Positions 7,729 to 18,040 are shown, counted from the stretch's first letter. The stretch is DNA of 64,000 bases from an uncultured Bacillota bacterium (GCA_949289785.1 CASEOW010000035.1:13851-77850); one strand, 5' to 3'. The notes: generated by a model not told the origin, from the letters alone. A program made the numbers and translations.

Positions 7729-10128
7729 ATGAAAGTAACATATAATTGGCTTAAGGAATTTGTTAATATTTCTGCAACACCAGAAGATATTGCCCAAAAA
7801 TTAACATCTGCTGGATTTGAGGTTGAAGAAATAATTTATCAAAACAGATACTTACATGATGTTGTTGTTGGTAAAATTTTAAAAATTGAAAAACATCCAC
7901 AAGCAGATAGATTGGTTGTATGTCAGGTTGATATAGGAGATAAGATTGTCCAAATAATCACAGCAGCAACGAATGTTTTTGAAGGAGCTGTAATTCCTGT
8001 AAGTTTACCGGGTGCAAATTTAATTAATGGAATATCTATTTCTCCAACTAAAATGAGAGGAATAGAAAGTTTTGGTATGTTTTGCTCAGGTGAAGAATTA
8101 GGTATAGATGATAACTATTTTGAAGGTGCTGAGGTAAATGGAATCTTGATATTACCTAATGATATGAAAGTAGGTCAACCTATTGAAAAAGCATTAATGC
8201 TTGATGATGTAATATTTGATATTTCAGTAACACCTAACAGAGCTGATTGTTTAAGTGTTATAGGTATAGCAAGAGAAGTTTGTGCTTTATATGGTTTGGA
8301 GTGTAAAAAACTTAATTTAAGCTATGACATTAATGTTTATGATAAAGAAACAGTTCGTGATTATGTTAATGTAAGTGTAGAAACTTCTAATTGTCAAAGA
8401 TATATGGCTTGTGCTGTGAAAGATGTAAAAATTGAAAAATCTCCTTTATGGTTAAGAGCCAGATTGAATGCTGTAGGCATAAAACCTATATGCACTATGG
8501 TTGATATTACTAATTATGTTTTAATTGAACTTGGTCAACCAATGCATGCTTTTGACCAGGAAAATATCAAAGGTAAAAAGATTATTATAAGGCAAGCAAA
8601 TGAAGGCGAAAAGATCGATGCTTTAAATCATAATAGTTATAATTTAGATTCTGATGTTATGGTTATAGCAAACGAAAATGAACCTATGGTTATAGCTGGT
8701 ATTATTGGTGGAACTGATGCATCTATAAATTCTAATACAAAAATATCAATTTTTGAAAGTGCTGTCTTTGATGTTAAAAATATTAGACTAACTAGTAGAA
8801 AAATAGGTGTATCAACAGATTCTTCTGCTAGATACTCAAAAGGTGTTAATGTAGCTAATGCTGAATTAGGTATGCAAAGAGCACTACATTTGGTTAGTAA
8901 ATTAAAATGTGGGAAAATTGTAAGAGGTGTAATAGATATTTCCTCAGAAAAAAATGAATCTAGAATGATTACTGTTTCTATAAAACTCATAAATGATATT
9001 CTTGGAGTAGAAATACCTACAAAAGATATGGTTAAAATTTTAAATAGTTTAGGTATTGAAACTAAGCTAGTGGGAAATAGTTTAACTTGTAATGTTCCAC
9101 CATTTAGAACTGATATAGAAAATGATTATGATATAGCTGAGGAAATTATTAGACTTTATGGATATGATATTTATGACAAAATAAATTATAATTTATTTAA
9201 AAATTCTAAAGTTACTGAAGGACATCATCATCCTAGACTTTTGTTGGAAAGAAAATTTAGAAATTCTCTTGTTGAACATGGTTTTTATGAAAACATTTCT
9301 TATTCACTTGTAAGTCCTACTTCAGTTGATAAATTAATGTTAAATGATATTAGAAAGAATATAATAAAGATTGCTAATCCTATTACTGAAGATATTTCTG
9401 CAATGCGAACATCTTTAGCTCATTCTCTTTTTACAAATATTGCTTATAATTTAAGCGTAGGAAATAAAGAGATGCGTATTTTTGAATGTGGAAGAGTTTT
9501 CTTAACTGATACATTGCCTCTTACTAATCTCCCTTGTGAAAAAAATATGATTGGACTTGCTTGTAAAGAAAATGGTTTTGATTTTTATTCTTTAAAAGCT
9601 ATAGTTGAAAATTTACTTTCAAAAACTAGTATAAAATATAAATTGGAAAGATCTAAAGAACCTTTCTTGCATCCTGGAGTTTCAGCAGATATAATGGATG
9701 GAGATATAAAAGTGGGTAGTTTTGGGAAAATACATCCAAAGGTTGCTCAAAATTATGATATTCCTAACGATGTTTATTATGCTGAAATAGATGATGATTA
9801 TATTCTTAAATATGCTAATAAAAAAGTTGAAATGAAGCAAATTTCTAAATATCCTATAGTAGAAAGGGATCTTGCAGTTATTGTTAAAGAAGAAATTACT
9901 AATGATGAAATTATGCAAAGTATTAAGTCTTCATGTGGACAATTATATTTTAAGGCAGAATTATTTGATGTATATAGGAATGAATCAATTGGTAATGATA
10001 ATAAAAGTCTTGCTTATAATATAAAACTTTCAGATTTGAATAAAACTCTTACTGATGAAGAAGTAAGTAAAGTGATAAATAAAATTTTAAAAACTTTAAA
10101 CTATAAATTTGGAGCAGTGCTGAGATGA
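7729..10128 (+). CDS. pheT: Phenylalanine-tRNA ligase beta subunit
   Basis: N-terminal tRNA-binding domain (KHPQADRL), with B3/4, B5 and FDX-ACB regions. The ATG directly abuts the pheS stop. Confidence 0.97.
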   Translation: MKVTYNWLKEFVNISATPEDIAQKLTSAGFEVEEIIYQNRYLHDVVVGKILKIEKHPQADRLVVCQVDIGDKIVQIITAATNVFEGAVIPVSLPGANLINGISISPTKMRGIESFGMFCSGEELGIDDNYFEGAEVNGILILPNDMKVGQPIEKALMLDDVIFDISVTPNRADCLSVIGIAREVCALYGLECKKLNLSYDINVYDKETVRDYVNVSVETSNCQRYMACAVKDVKIEKSPLWLRARLNAVGIKPICTMVDITNYVLIELGQPMHAFDQENIKGKKIIIRQANEGEKIDALNHNSYNLDSDVMVIANENEPMVIAGIIGGTDASINSNTKISIFESAVFDVKNIRLTSRKIGVSTDSSARYSKGVNVANAELGMQRALHLVSKLKCGKIVRGVIDISSEKNESRMITVSIKLINDILGVEIPTKDMVKILNSLGIETKLVGNSLTCNVPPFRTDIENDYDIAEEIIRLYGYDIYDKINYNLFKNSKVTEGHHHPRLLLERKFRNSLVEHGFYENISYSLVSPTSVDKLMLNDIRKNIIKIANPITEDISAMRTSLAHSLFTNIAYNLSVGNKEMRIFECGRVFLTDTLPLTNLPCEKNMIGLACKENGFDFYSLKAIVENLLSKTSIKYKLERSKEPFLHPGVSADIMDGDIKVGSFGKIHPKVAQNYDIPNDVYYAEIDDDYILKYANKKVEMKQISKYPIVERDLAVIVKEEITNDEIMQSIKSSCGQLYFKAELFDVYRNESIGNDNKSLAYNIKLSDLNKTLTDEEVSKVINKILKTLNYKFGAVLR

Positions 10129-11243
10129 TTTATCTTGATAATGCAGCAACAACTGCAATGTTTGAAAGCAGTATAGATGTTTATAAAGAATATGCTTGTA
10201 ATAAATTTTATAACCCTTCAGCAAGTTATGAAATTGGATTAAAAGTATTGCATGAAATTGAAAATGCGAAGAATATATTATTAGAAAAATTAGGAGCTAA
10301 AAAGGGTAATATAATATTTACCAGTGGAGCTACAGAAAGCAATAATCTTGCAATTTTAGGTAGTAAGCGTAATGGAAAATGGGAATATGTTTTTTCTTTA
10401 GGTGAACATCCTAGTGTATATAATGTAGCTAAAGAGTTAGAGAAGCAAGGGTTTATTGTTCATTACGTAGGATTGTCTGCTAATGGGGAAGTTAATTATG
10501 AAGAATTGCAAAAAGTTTTAAATGAAAAAACTAGATTAATTTCTGTTATGCATGCTAGTAATGAAACAGGTGCTATTAATGATTTAAAGAAAATTGATAT
10601 GATAAGAAAGAAATATGCGCCTAATGCACTAATACATGCAGACGGAGTTCAAGCTTTTTGCAAACTAGAATATAATTTAGATGATTTAGGTGTTGATTTT
10701 TATACTATATCGGCACATAAATTCCATGGGCCTAAAGGTGTAGGCGCTTTATATGTGAAAAATATAAATTCTTTAAAAAGTATTTTTTTTGGTGGCGGTC
10801 AGGAAAATGGATTTAGATCTGGTACTGAAAATGTTGCTGGTATTATGTCCACCATTGATGCTATGGGAAAAATAGATGTAAAAGAGAAATTTATTGAAGT
10901 TCAAAAATTATATAACACAATGATTGATATATTAAGTAAAGATTGTAACGTTTCATTTATTAAAACAAATAATCCTTATGTTATTAGTGTGGGTTTTGAA
11001 GGTGTAAACGGGGAAACTTTAATGAGAGCTTTACAAAATTATGGAGTTATTGTTGGTATAGGTAGTGCGTGCTCTACTAAAAAAAGTGGTAATAGAATTT
11101 TAGAAAGTATTGGACTTAATAAAGAAGAAGTTAAAAGTCATATCAGAATTTCTTTTGATAGCAGTAATTCTATTGAAGAAATAAAAGAAGCTGGAGAAAT
11201 AATTTTAAAAGTTTACAGAGAAATTTGGGAGAAAGTGCGATGA
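10125..11243 (+). CDS. Class V cysteine desulfurase (NifS/NifZ/IscS-like)
   Basis: Motifs SGATESNN, the PLP-lysine motif SAHKFHGPKG and active-site GSACS. The start overlaps the pheT stop (ATGA). Confidence 0.9.
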   Translation: MIYLDNAATTAMFESSIDVYKEYACNKFYNPSASYEIGLKVLHEIENAKNILLEKLGAKKGNIIFTSGATESNNLAILGSKRNGKWEYVFSLGEHPSVYNVAKELEKQGFIVHYVGLSANGEVNYEELQKVLNEKTRLISVMHASNETGAINDLKKIDMIRKKYAPNALIHADGVQAFCKLEYNLDDLGVDFYTISAHKFHGPKGVGALYVKNINSLKSIFFGGGQENGFRSGTENVAGIMSTIDAMGKIDVKEKFIEVQKLYNTMIDILSKDCNVSFIKTNNPYVISVGFEGVNGETLMRALQNYGVIVGIGSACSTKKSGNRILESIGLNKEEVKSHIRISFDSSNSIEEIKEAGEIILKVYREIWEKVR

Positions 11244-12394
11244 AAAAAGTTTTACTTTTAAGATTTGGAGAGTTGTTTTTAAAGGGAAATAATAGAAATA
11301 TTTTTGAAAATTTGCTTATAAATAATATTAAGAATAAGTTAAATGGTCTTGAGTTTAAATTTGAAAAAACTTTTGGTAGATATGTTATTCATGATTATAA
11401 TATTAATTTAGAAGAAGAATTTGTAAATAGACTTACTAAAGTTTTTGGTTTATATAGTTTAAGTAGGGCATTCGAAGTTGATGCTACTATAGAAGACATA
11501 GAAAATAAAGTTCTTGATATTGATTGTTTTAATAAAACTTTTAAAGTTTGTGTTAAAAGAGCAGATAAAAAGTTTCCTGTTTCCTCTATGGAATTTGCTA
11601 AAATTTTAGGAGAAAAAGTATTAAATAAATATACTTCAGCAACGGTTGATTTGTATAAGCCTGATATAGAAATAAAAGTTGATATTCGTCTAAATGGTAA
11701 AGCTTATATTTACGATGAAATTGTAAAATGTCAAGGTGGATTGCCTCTTGGTAGTGCTGGAAATGGATTACTGCTTTTATCTGGAGGAATTGATAGTCCT
11801 GTTGCTGGCTATTTAATAGGTAAGCGTGGTTTAAAAATAGATGCTATTCATTTTCATAGTTATCCTTATACTTCTTTGGAGGCAAAAGAGAAAGTTATTA
11901 CACTTGCAAAAAAATTAACTGATTATGTAGGTAATATCAAACTTCATGTTATTTCTTTTACACAAGTTCAAGAAGAAATCCATAGATGTTGTAAAGAAGA
12001 ATATATGATTACTATAATGAGAAGAATAATGATGAGAGTTGCTAGTAAGATTTGTGATAAATACAATTTAGGTTGTATAGTAACTGGAGAAAGTTTGGGG
12101 CAGGTTGCAAGTCAAACAATGCAAAGTATGGCTGTCACAACAGCATGTTCAACTAAACCTATTTTTAGGCCTTGTATTGCTATGGACAAAGAAGATATTA
12201 TGAATATTGCCAAATCAATAGATACTTATCAAACATCAATTCTTCCTTATGAAGATTGTTGCACAGTCTTTTTGCCTAAAAATCCATTAATTAAACCTAA
12301 AGAAGATAGGGTTGAGAATGAAGAGAAAAATTTAAATATATCAGATTTAGTTAATAAATGTTTAGAAAATGAAGAAATAATAGAAATAGAATAA
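11240..12394 (+). CDS. thiI: tRNA 4-thiouridine(8) synthase ThiI
   Basis: THUMP-like N-terminus and PP-loop SGGIDSPVA. The preferred start is ATG 11240 (RBS GGGAGAAAG; overlaps the upstream stop as ATGA) rather than the ORF-track TTG at 11225. Confidence 0.9.
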   Translation: MKKVLLLRFGELFLKGNNRNIFENLLINNIKNKLNGLEFKFEKTFGRYVIHDYNINLEEEFVNRLTKVFGLYSLSRAFEVDATIEDIENKVLDIDCFNKTFKVCVKRADKKFPVSSMEFAKILGEKVLNKYTSATVDLYKPDIEIKVDIRLNGKAYIYDEIVKCQGGLPLGSAGNGLLLLSGGIDSPVAGYLIGKRGLKIDAIHFHSYPYTSLEAKEKVITLAKKLTDYVGNIKLHVISFTQVQEEIHRCCKEEYMITIMRRIMMRVASKICDKYNLGCIVTGESLGQVASQTMQSMAVTTACSTKPIFRPCIAMDKEDIMNIAKSIDTYQTSILPYEDCCTVFLPKNPLIKPKEDRVENEEKNLNISDLVNKCLENEEIIEIE

Positions 12395-12422
12395 TAGTAA
12401 AATGTTATTATTTTTAAAAAGG

Positions 12423-12449
12423 GTGGATAAAATATTATCCACTTTTTTT
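12423..12449 (+). terminator. Intrinsic terminator ending the pheS-pheT-desulfurase-thiI unit
   Basis: GTGGATAA-AATA-TTATCCAC followed by T7. Confidence 0.85.
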
Positions 12450-12585
12450 ATTGTATATAATTAGATTAATCAAATTGTTTGAAATTAAACTATAAAAGTT
12501 TTAAAAAGCATTATGCATGATAATTAATTTTTATAGATTTAAAATTTATATTCTTTCATATTATAAAATATATATAAAAATTTTA

Positions 12586-12677
12586 TGAATAATTATGCAT
12601 AAATCCCTTGCATAATTATAAAAAATGTTGTATAATAATCAAAAATTGATGAATATATATAAATTCATAAATATTCA
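12586..12677 (+). promoter_or_regulatory. argR promoter (TTGCAT-17-TATAAT) overlapped and flanked by ARG-box-like operators
   Basis: TGAATAATTATGCA (12586-12599) and TGCATAATTATA (12609-12620) overlap the -35. TGAAT-N8-ATTCA and TTCATAAATATTCA lie at 12650-12677. All resemble the TGAAT-W4-ATTCA ARG box. Confidence 0.55.
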
Positions 12678-12731
12678 CATAAGGCTAAATCCCTTTAAAA
12701 TAAAGGAAATTAGCGATTTAAGGAGAAAGTT

Positions 12732-13184
12732 ATGGCAAGAAGTGCAAGACAGTCAAAAATCTTAGAACTCATTTCAACTAAAGAAATCGAAACTCAAGAT
12801 GAACTTGCAAGAGAACTTAAAAATGCAAATTTTGATATTACTCAGGCTACAATATCTAGAGATATTAAAGAGCTTGGTCTTACCAAAATTTTATCTAGTT
12901 CTGGTAAATATAAATATTGTTTTGTAGGTTCTGATGAACAATTAATATCTAACAAATACATAACAATTTTTAAGGAAGCTGTTATATCTGTAAAGGTAGC
13001 AATGAATCTTGTTGTAATAAAAACAATGAAAGGGCTAGGTTCAAGTTTAGCTTCTTTTGTTGATAAACTGAATATAAATGAATTAATGGGTGCTGTTTGT
13101 GGAGATGATACAGTAATGCTTATTTTCCCTACTACTACTTACGCTAGTAGTGCAGTTGTTACTTTAAATGATATGTTAATTTAA
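12732..13184 (+). CDS. argR: Arginine repressor ArgR/AhrC
   Basis: N-terminal wHTH (RQSKILELI...QDELARELK...TQATISRDIKELGL) and C-terminal oligomerisation domain (GDDTVMLI). Confidence 0.92.
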   Translation: MARSARQSKILELISTKEIETQDELARELKNANFDITQATISRDIKELGLTKILSSSGKYKYCFVGSDEQLISNKYITIFKEAVISVKVAMNLVVIKTMKGLGSSLASFVDKLNINELMGAVCGDDTVMLIFPTTTYASSAVVTLNDMLI

Positions 13185-13194
13185 GGAGAATTGT

Positions 13195-14850
13195 ATGCTT
13201 CAATCATTAAATATAAAAAATGTTGCTTTAATATCTTCTTTAACAATAGATTTTGGAAAAGGGTTAAATATTTTAATTGGAGAAACTGGTGCTGGTAAAA
13301 GTATCATCTTTGATTCATTAAATTTTGTTTTGGGTTCTAAGCCTGATAAAACACTTATCAGAAGTGGTGAAAATGAGATGAAGGTTGAGGCTTTGTTTTC
13401 TAATATTAATAATCAAGCAAAAGAACTCTTAAATAACTTAGGTTTTGAAGATGAAGAAATTTTACTTTCTAGAATCTTGACTTTAGAAGGCAAATCTACA
13501 ATTCGAATAAATGGTTGTATCTCAACTTTAAGTATTTTAAAACAGGTTGGAGCTATTTTATTAGATAGTTATTCTCAACATGAAAGTATAGAACTTTTAA
13601 ATTCAAAAAATCATATCAATCTTTTAGATAAATATGCTGGTGAAAATATTTTAGAATTGAAAGAAGAAGTTAAAAATTTATATCTCAAAAATTTTGAAAT
13701 TTCTAAAAAAATTGATTCATTAGGTGGGGATAAATTTCTTCGTGATAATGAAATATCTTTATTGGAATATCAAATTAATGAAATAGAAAATGCTAATATT
13801 GTAGAAGGCGAAGAAGAAGATTTAAAAGAAAAAATAAATTTAATGAATAATAGTGAAAGAATAGTAAATGCCATAAATAATTGTGAACAACTTTTATCTG
13901 AACAAAATGATTCTTGCATTACTTGTTTACAATATTGTCAAAACTATTTATCTACTTTAAATTTTGAAAAAATTAATTCTTGTAGAGAGAGAATAGAAAG
14001 CGTTAAATATGAAATTGAAGATATTTATGAAACTTTATTAGATGTAAAGAATGATGTCGATTTTGATGAAAAAGAATTTCAACAAATAGATTTAAGATTA
14101 GATTTAATTAAATCTATTTATAAAAAATATGGTGGAACATATGAAAACGTTATAAACTTTTTGAAAAAATCTAAAGAGAGATTAAATGAACTTGTAGATG
14201 GAGAATATTTGCTTGAAAAATACCAAAATCAGCAATTAATTATAGTAAATGATTTAAATGAAAAAGCTTTAAAATTATCACAACTAAGGATAAAAGTAGC
14301 ACAAACAATAGAAGAAAAAGTTTTAAATCAACTAAAAAATTTAGGAATGAAATCAAGTCAATTTAAAATAAATTTTGAAAAGACAGAAATTTCATCAAAT
14401 GGTTTTGATAAAATAGAGTTTGTTTTTTCAGCGAATCGAGGTCAAGAAATCAAATCGTTATCTAAAACAGCTTCTGGTGGTGAACTAAGTAGATTTATGC
14501 TTGCTTTTAAAAATATTTTTTCTGAAAATGGAAGCGTATCGACATTAATATTTGATGAAATTGATGCTGGTATAGGCGGAGAAGTTGGTGTTGTTGTTGG
14601 TGAAAAATTATCTAATATAAAAAATAATATTCAAGTAATTTGTATAACTCATTTACCTCAAGTTGCATGTTTTGGAGATGACTTTTATTATGTTAGCAAA
14701 ACTGAGAATGAAGGTAAAACCTTAACTTCTGTTAAGCATTTACAAGAAGACGAAATTGTTTATAATCTAGCTAAAATGATAGGTGGTGATGTATCAGATA
14801 TTGCTATTTCACATGCTAAAGAAATGAGAAATAAGTATTATAAAAATTAA
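13195..14850 (+). CDS. recN: DNA repair protein RecN
   Basis: Walker A GETGAGKS, long coiled coil, signature ASGGELSR and Walker B LIFDEID. Confidence 0.95.
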   Translation: MLQSLNIKNVALISSLTIDFGKGLNILIGETGAGKSIIFDSLNFVLGSKPDKTLIRSGENEMKVEALFSNINNQAKELLNNLGFEDEEILLSRILTLEGKSTIRINGCISTLSILKQVGAILLDSYSQHESIELLNSKNHINLLDKYAGENILELKEEVKNLYLKNFEISKKIDSLGGDKFLRDNEISLLEYQINEIENANIVEGEEEDLKEKINLMNNSERIVNAINNCEQLLSEQNDSCITCLQYCQNYLSTLNFEKINSCRERIESVKYEIEDIYETLLDVKNDVDFDEKEFQQIDLRLDLIKSIYKKYGGTYENVINFLKKSKERLNELVDGEYLLEKYQNQQLIIVNDLNEKALKLSQLRIKVAQTIEEKVLNQLKNLGMKSSQFKINFEKTEISSNGFDKIEFVFSANRGQEIKSLSKTASGGELSRFMLAFKNIFSENGSVSTLIFDEIDAGIGGEVGVVVGEKLSNIKNNIQVICITHLPQVACFGDDFYYVSKTENEGKTLTSVKHLQEDEIVYNLAKMIGGDVSDIAISHAKEMRNKYYKN

Positions 14851-14909
14851 AATTCAAAATATTAAAATTATCATATTTATAATAAGAATAATTTTATTGA
14901 TATTGTATA

Positions 14910-14936
14910 GACTAACCTTTAGGGTTAGTTTTTTTT
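14910..14936 (+). terminator. Intrinsic terminator after recN, abutting the spoIVB start codon
   Basis: ACTAACC-TTTAG-GGTTAGT hairpin followed by a T8-9 run that leads straight into the ATG. Confidence 0.7.
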
Positions 14937-16190
14937 ATGAAGTATAAAGAAGTAAATAAAAATGATAGAACAAAATTCAACAAAAAAATTATAAAAATTT
15001 ATGCTTTAATTTTTATAGTTTTATTTTTTATATCTAATCTAAATATTTTTAATTTAGTTCAATTACCTACCGATATTTACACAAATTTTGAAGAAATAGA
15101 AAATGCTAATAAAGATAAATTGTTTAGTGATATAGTATCAATAGATTTTGATAAAAATAGTGTTAAAACAGGAAAGAATGGAGATTTTGAAAGTATAGTT
15201 ATTTTTAAATTATTTGGTTTTATTCCTATTAAAAAAGTTAATATAAAAATATTACCTGAAGAAGAAGTTTATGCGGGTGGTAATCCTATTGGACTGACTG
15301 TTTATACATATGGTGCTATGGTTATTAGTAATTCAGATATAGATTTAAAAAATAATGAAGTTTCTTCAAATCGTTATATTAAAAATGGAGATATTATTAA
15401 AAGTATTGATGGTCATGAAATTAATGATTTAAATCAAATATCTCAAATTTTAGAAGATAATAAAAATGAAAGCATAAATATAGAAGTTATAAGAAATGGT
15501 AAAATAAAAAATTTTGATATTCCTATTTTAAAAGATAATGAAGGAAAATCAAAACTTGGTATTTGGGTTAAAAATGATGTTTCTGGCATAGGGACATTAA
15601 CTTTTGTCGTTAAAAATAATAACGGCTTTGGAGCTTTAGGACATCCTGTTACAAACGGAAAATCTGATAATTGCATTGATATTAAAAATGGAAACATATA
15701 TAAATGTACTTTAGTCGGTATAGATAAAGGTAAAGACAATGATCCAGGTCAATTAAAATGTGTTTTTGTTCAAAAAAATGAAGAAGGTAATATTGAAAAA
15801 AATACAAAATTTGGTATTTTTGGTAAATTAAATTCTGAAAGCAACTTAATTGATCCTAATGTTTCATATAAGCTCGGTGGAAGATTAGGCGTAAGACCAG
15901 GTAAAGCCACTATTATATCAAGTATAAGTGGTATAAGAGAAGAATATGAAATTGAAATAATAAAAGCAAATTACCAAAAAAGTTCAGATGATAAAAGTAT
16001 AGTATTTAGAGTTAAAGATAAAAGACTTTTAGATTTAACTGGGGGGATAGTTCAAGGAATGAGTGGTAGTCCTATCGTCCAAAATGGTAAGATTATAGGA
16101 GCTGTTACACATGTATTTTTAAATGATTCAACTAAAGGTTATGGGGTATATACAGATTTTATGTTGGAAGAATTAAATAGTTTGAAATAA
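14937..16190 (+). CDS. spoIVB: SpoIVB stage IV sporulation signalling serine peptidase (S55) with PDZ domain
   Basis: N-terminal TM segment, a PDZ-like region (NGDIIKSIDGHEINDL) and catalytic context GMSGSPIVQNGKIIGAVTHVF. It follows recN as in Bacillus and Clostridium. Confidence 0.87.
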   Translation: MKYKEVNKNDRTKFNKKIIKIYALIFIVLFFISNLNIFNLVQLPTDIYTNFEEIENANKDKLFSDIVSIDFDKNSVKTGKNGDFESIVIFKLFGFIPIKKVNIKILPEEEVYAGGNPIGLTVYTYGAMVISNSDIDLKNNEVSSNRYIKNGDIIKSIDGHEINDLNQISQILEDNKNESINIEVIRNGKIKNFDIPILKDNEGKSKLGIWVKNDVSGIGTLTFVVKNNNGFGALGHPVTNGKSDNCIDIKNGNIYKCTLVGIDKGKDNDPGQLKCVFVQKNEEGNIEKNTKFGIFGKLNSESNLIDPNVSYKLGGRLGVRPGKATIISSISGIREEYEIEIIKANYQKSSDDKSIVFRVKDKRLLDLTGGIVQGMSGSPIVQNGKIIGAVTHVFLNDSTKGYGVYTDFMLEELNSLK

Positions 16191-16432
16191 TTTTTATATT
16201 TCAAATCTTACTTTTTAAAATTTATTTTCATTTATCTAAATTATTTGACTTTTAACTATTTAATGTTATATACTTTTTTTGATAGATATTTTATATAGAT
16301 AATAATTGTAATTAAAATGAATTAAAAAATTCATTAAATATATAAGTAAAATAAATATATTTTTATTTTTGATTTTTATAATTTTATTTGTATAAATTAA
16401 TATAATTTAATCTATCTAAAAAGGGGAAAAAT

Positions 16433-18022
16433 ATGAGCAGTTTAAGCATTTTATGCAATGCTGCTGTTACCGCCGGAGTTGTAAGCGGAGTGCTAGCTCT
16501 TATTGTTGGAGCAATTGTAGGAGCTATTGTTTACAAAATTATTGCAAATAATAAAATTGGCAGAAGTAAAACAAATGCTGTCAAAATAATTGAAGAGGCG
16601 TATGCAGAAGCTAAAAGCATAAAAAAAGAATCTATTTTAGAAGCTAAAGAAGAGGCACAAAAAATACGAGATGATGCTAATGAAGAAGCTAGAGAAAGAA
16701 GAGCAGAAATTCAAAAGCAAGAAGAAAGATTAGACCAAAGAGAAGAATATGTAACTAAAAAAGAAACAATTATAGATGCTAAAAGTGAACAACTTGAAAA
16801 TGATAAATTAGCTTTAGAAAATGAAAAGAATTTGTTAAATGAAAAGATTTCTCAACAAGAAGAAATTAAAGCTCAAATGCTTGAGAGATTGGAAAAAATT
16901 TCTGGTTTAACAAAAAAAGAAGCTAAAGATGTTTTAATAGAAAGTATTACAGAAGAAGCGAAAAAAGATGCTGGAAATATAGTTAAAAAAATTGAAGATG
17001 AAGCACGAGAAAATGGTGAAAAAATTGCAAAAGATATTGTAATGTCTGCTATTCAAAGATGTGCTACTGATTTATCTTCTGAAATGACTATAACAACAGT
17101 TGCACTGCCTAATGATGAAATGAAAGGTAGAATTATTGGTAGAGAAGGTAGAAATATTCGTTCTATTGAAAGCGCAACTGGTGTTGAGTTAATTGTTGAT
17201 GATACACCTGAATCAATTACTATTTCAAGTTTTGATCCTGTTCGTAGAGAAATTGCTAGATTAAGTCTTGAAAAGCTTATTGTTGATGGTAGAATTCACC
17301 CAGGTAGAATTGAAGAAATCGTAGATAAAGCTACCAAAGAAGTTGATAATGCTATTAAAGAAGCAGGTGAAAATGCTTGTAATGAAGTAGGTATTTACAA
17401 TCTTAGCCCTGAAATAATAAAAGTTCTTGGCAGATTGAAATATAGAACAAGTTATGGACAAAATTGTTTAAAACATAGTATAGAAACTTCTATCATAGCA
17501 GGACTTATTGCTACAGAATTAAATGTAAATGTTCAAGTTGCTAAAAGAGGTGGATTGTTACACGATTTAGGCAAAGCATTAGACCATGAGATTGAGGGAA
17601 CACATGTTTCAATAGGTGTTGATATTGCCAGAAAAAATAAAGAATCGGATGAAGTTATTCATTGTATTGAAGCTCATCATGGAGATGTTCCATTTAATAG
17701 CATTGAAGCTATTATTGTTCAAGTTGCAGATGCTATTTCTAGTTCAAGACCTGGCGCTAGAAGAGAAAGTTTTGAAACTTATATTAAGCGTCTTCAACAA
17801 CTTGAAAGTATTTGCAACGATTTTAAAGGTGTAGATAAATCTTATGCTATTCAAGCAGGAAGAGAGGTAAGAATAATTGTAAAGCCTGAACAAATCAATG
17901 ATACAGATGCAATGTATCTTTCTAAGGATATTGCTAAAAGAATTGAAGATGAAATGCAGTATCCTGGACAAATTAAGGTTGTTGTTGTTAGAGAAAACAG
18001 ATTTACTGAAACAGCTAAATAA
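16433..18022 (+). CDS. rny: Ribonuclease Y
   Basis: N-terminal TM helix, coiled coil, KH domain (GRIIGREGRNIRSIE) and HD domain (LLHDLGKA...HH). Confidence 0.96.
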   Translation: MSSLSILCNAAVTAGVVSGVLALIVGAIVGAIVYKIIANNKIGRSKTNAVKIIEEAYAEAKSIKKESILEAKEEAQKIRDDANEEARERRAEIQKQEERLDQREEYVTKKETIIDAKSEQLENDKLALENEKNLLNEKISQQEEIKAQMLERLEKISGLTKKEAKDVLIESITEEAKKDAGNIVKKIEDEARENGEKIAKDIVMSAIQRCATDLSSEMTITTVALPNDEMKGRIIGREGRNIRSIESATGVELIVDDTPESITISSFDPVRREIARLSLEKLIVDGRIHPGRIEEIVDKATKEVDNAIKEAGENACNEVGIYNLSPEIIKVLGRLKYRTSYGQNCLKHSIETSIIAGLIATELNVNVQVAKRGGLLHDLGKALDHEIEGTHVSIGVDIARKNKESDEVIHCIEAHHGDVPFNSIEAIIVQVADAISSSRPGARRESFETYIKRLQQLESICNDFKGVDKSYAIQAGREVRIIVKPEQINDTDAMYLSKDIAKRIEDEMQYPGQIKVVVVRENRFTETAK

Positions 18023-18040
18023 AATTAATTTTAATAATAA

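Noticed and set aside
14936-15003. Apparent one-base discrepancy, a possible frameshift or stop, when I hand-translated the first 22 codons of spoIVB.
   Set aside because: The supplied ORF track gives an uninterrupted 417-aa ORF from 14937, and coordinates on both sides (14850 and 15739) check out. My own miscounting in homopolymer runs is the likeliest cause. It is not reported as a pseudogene.
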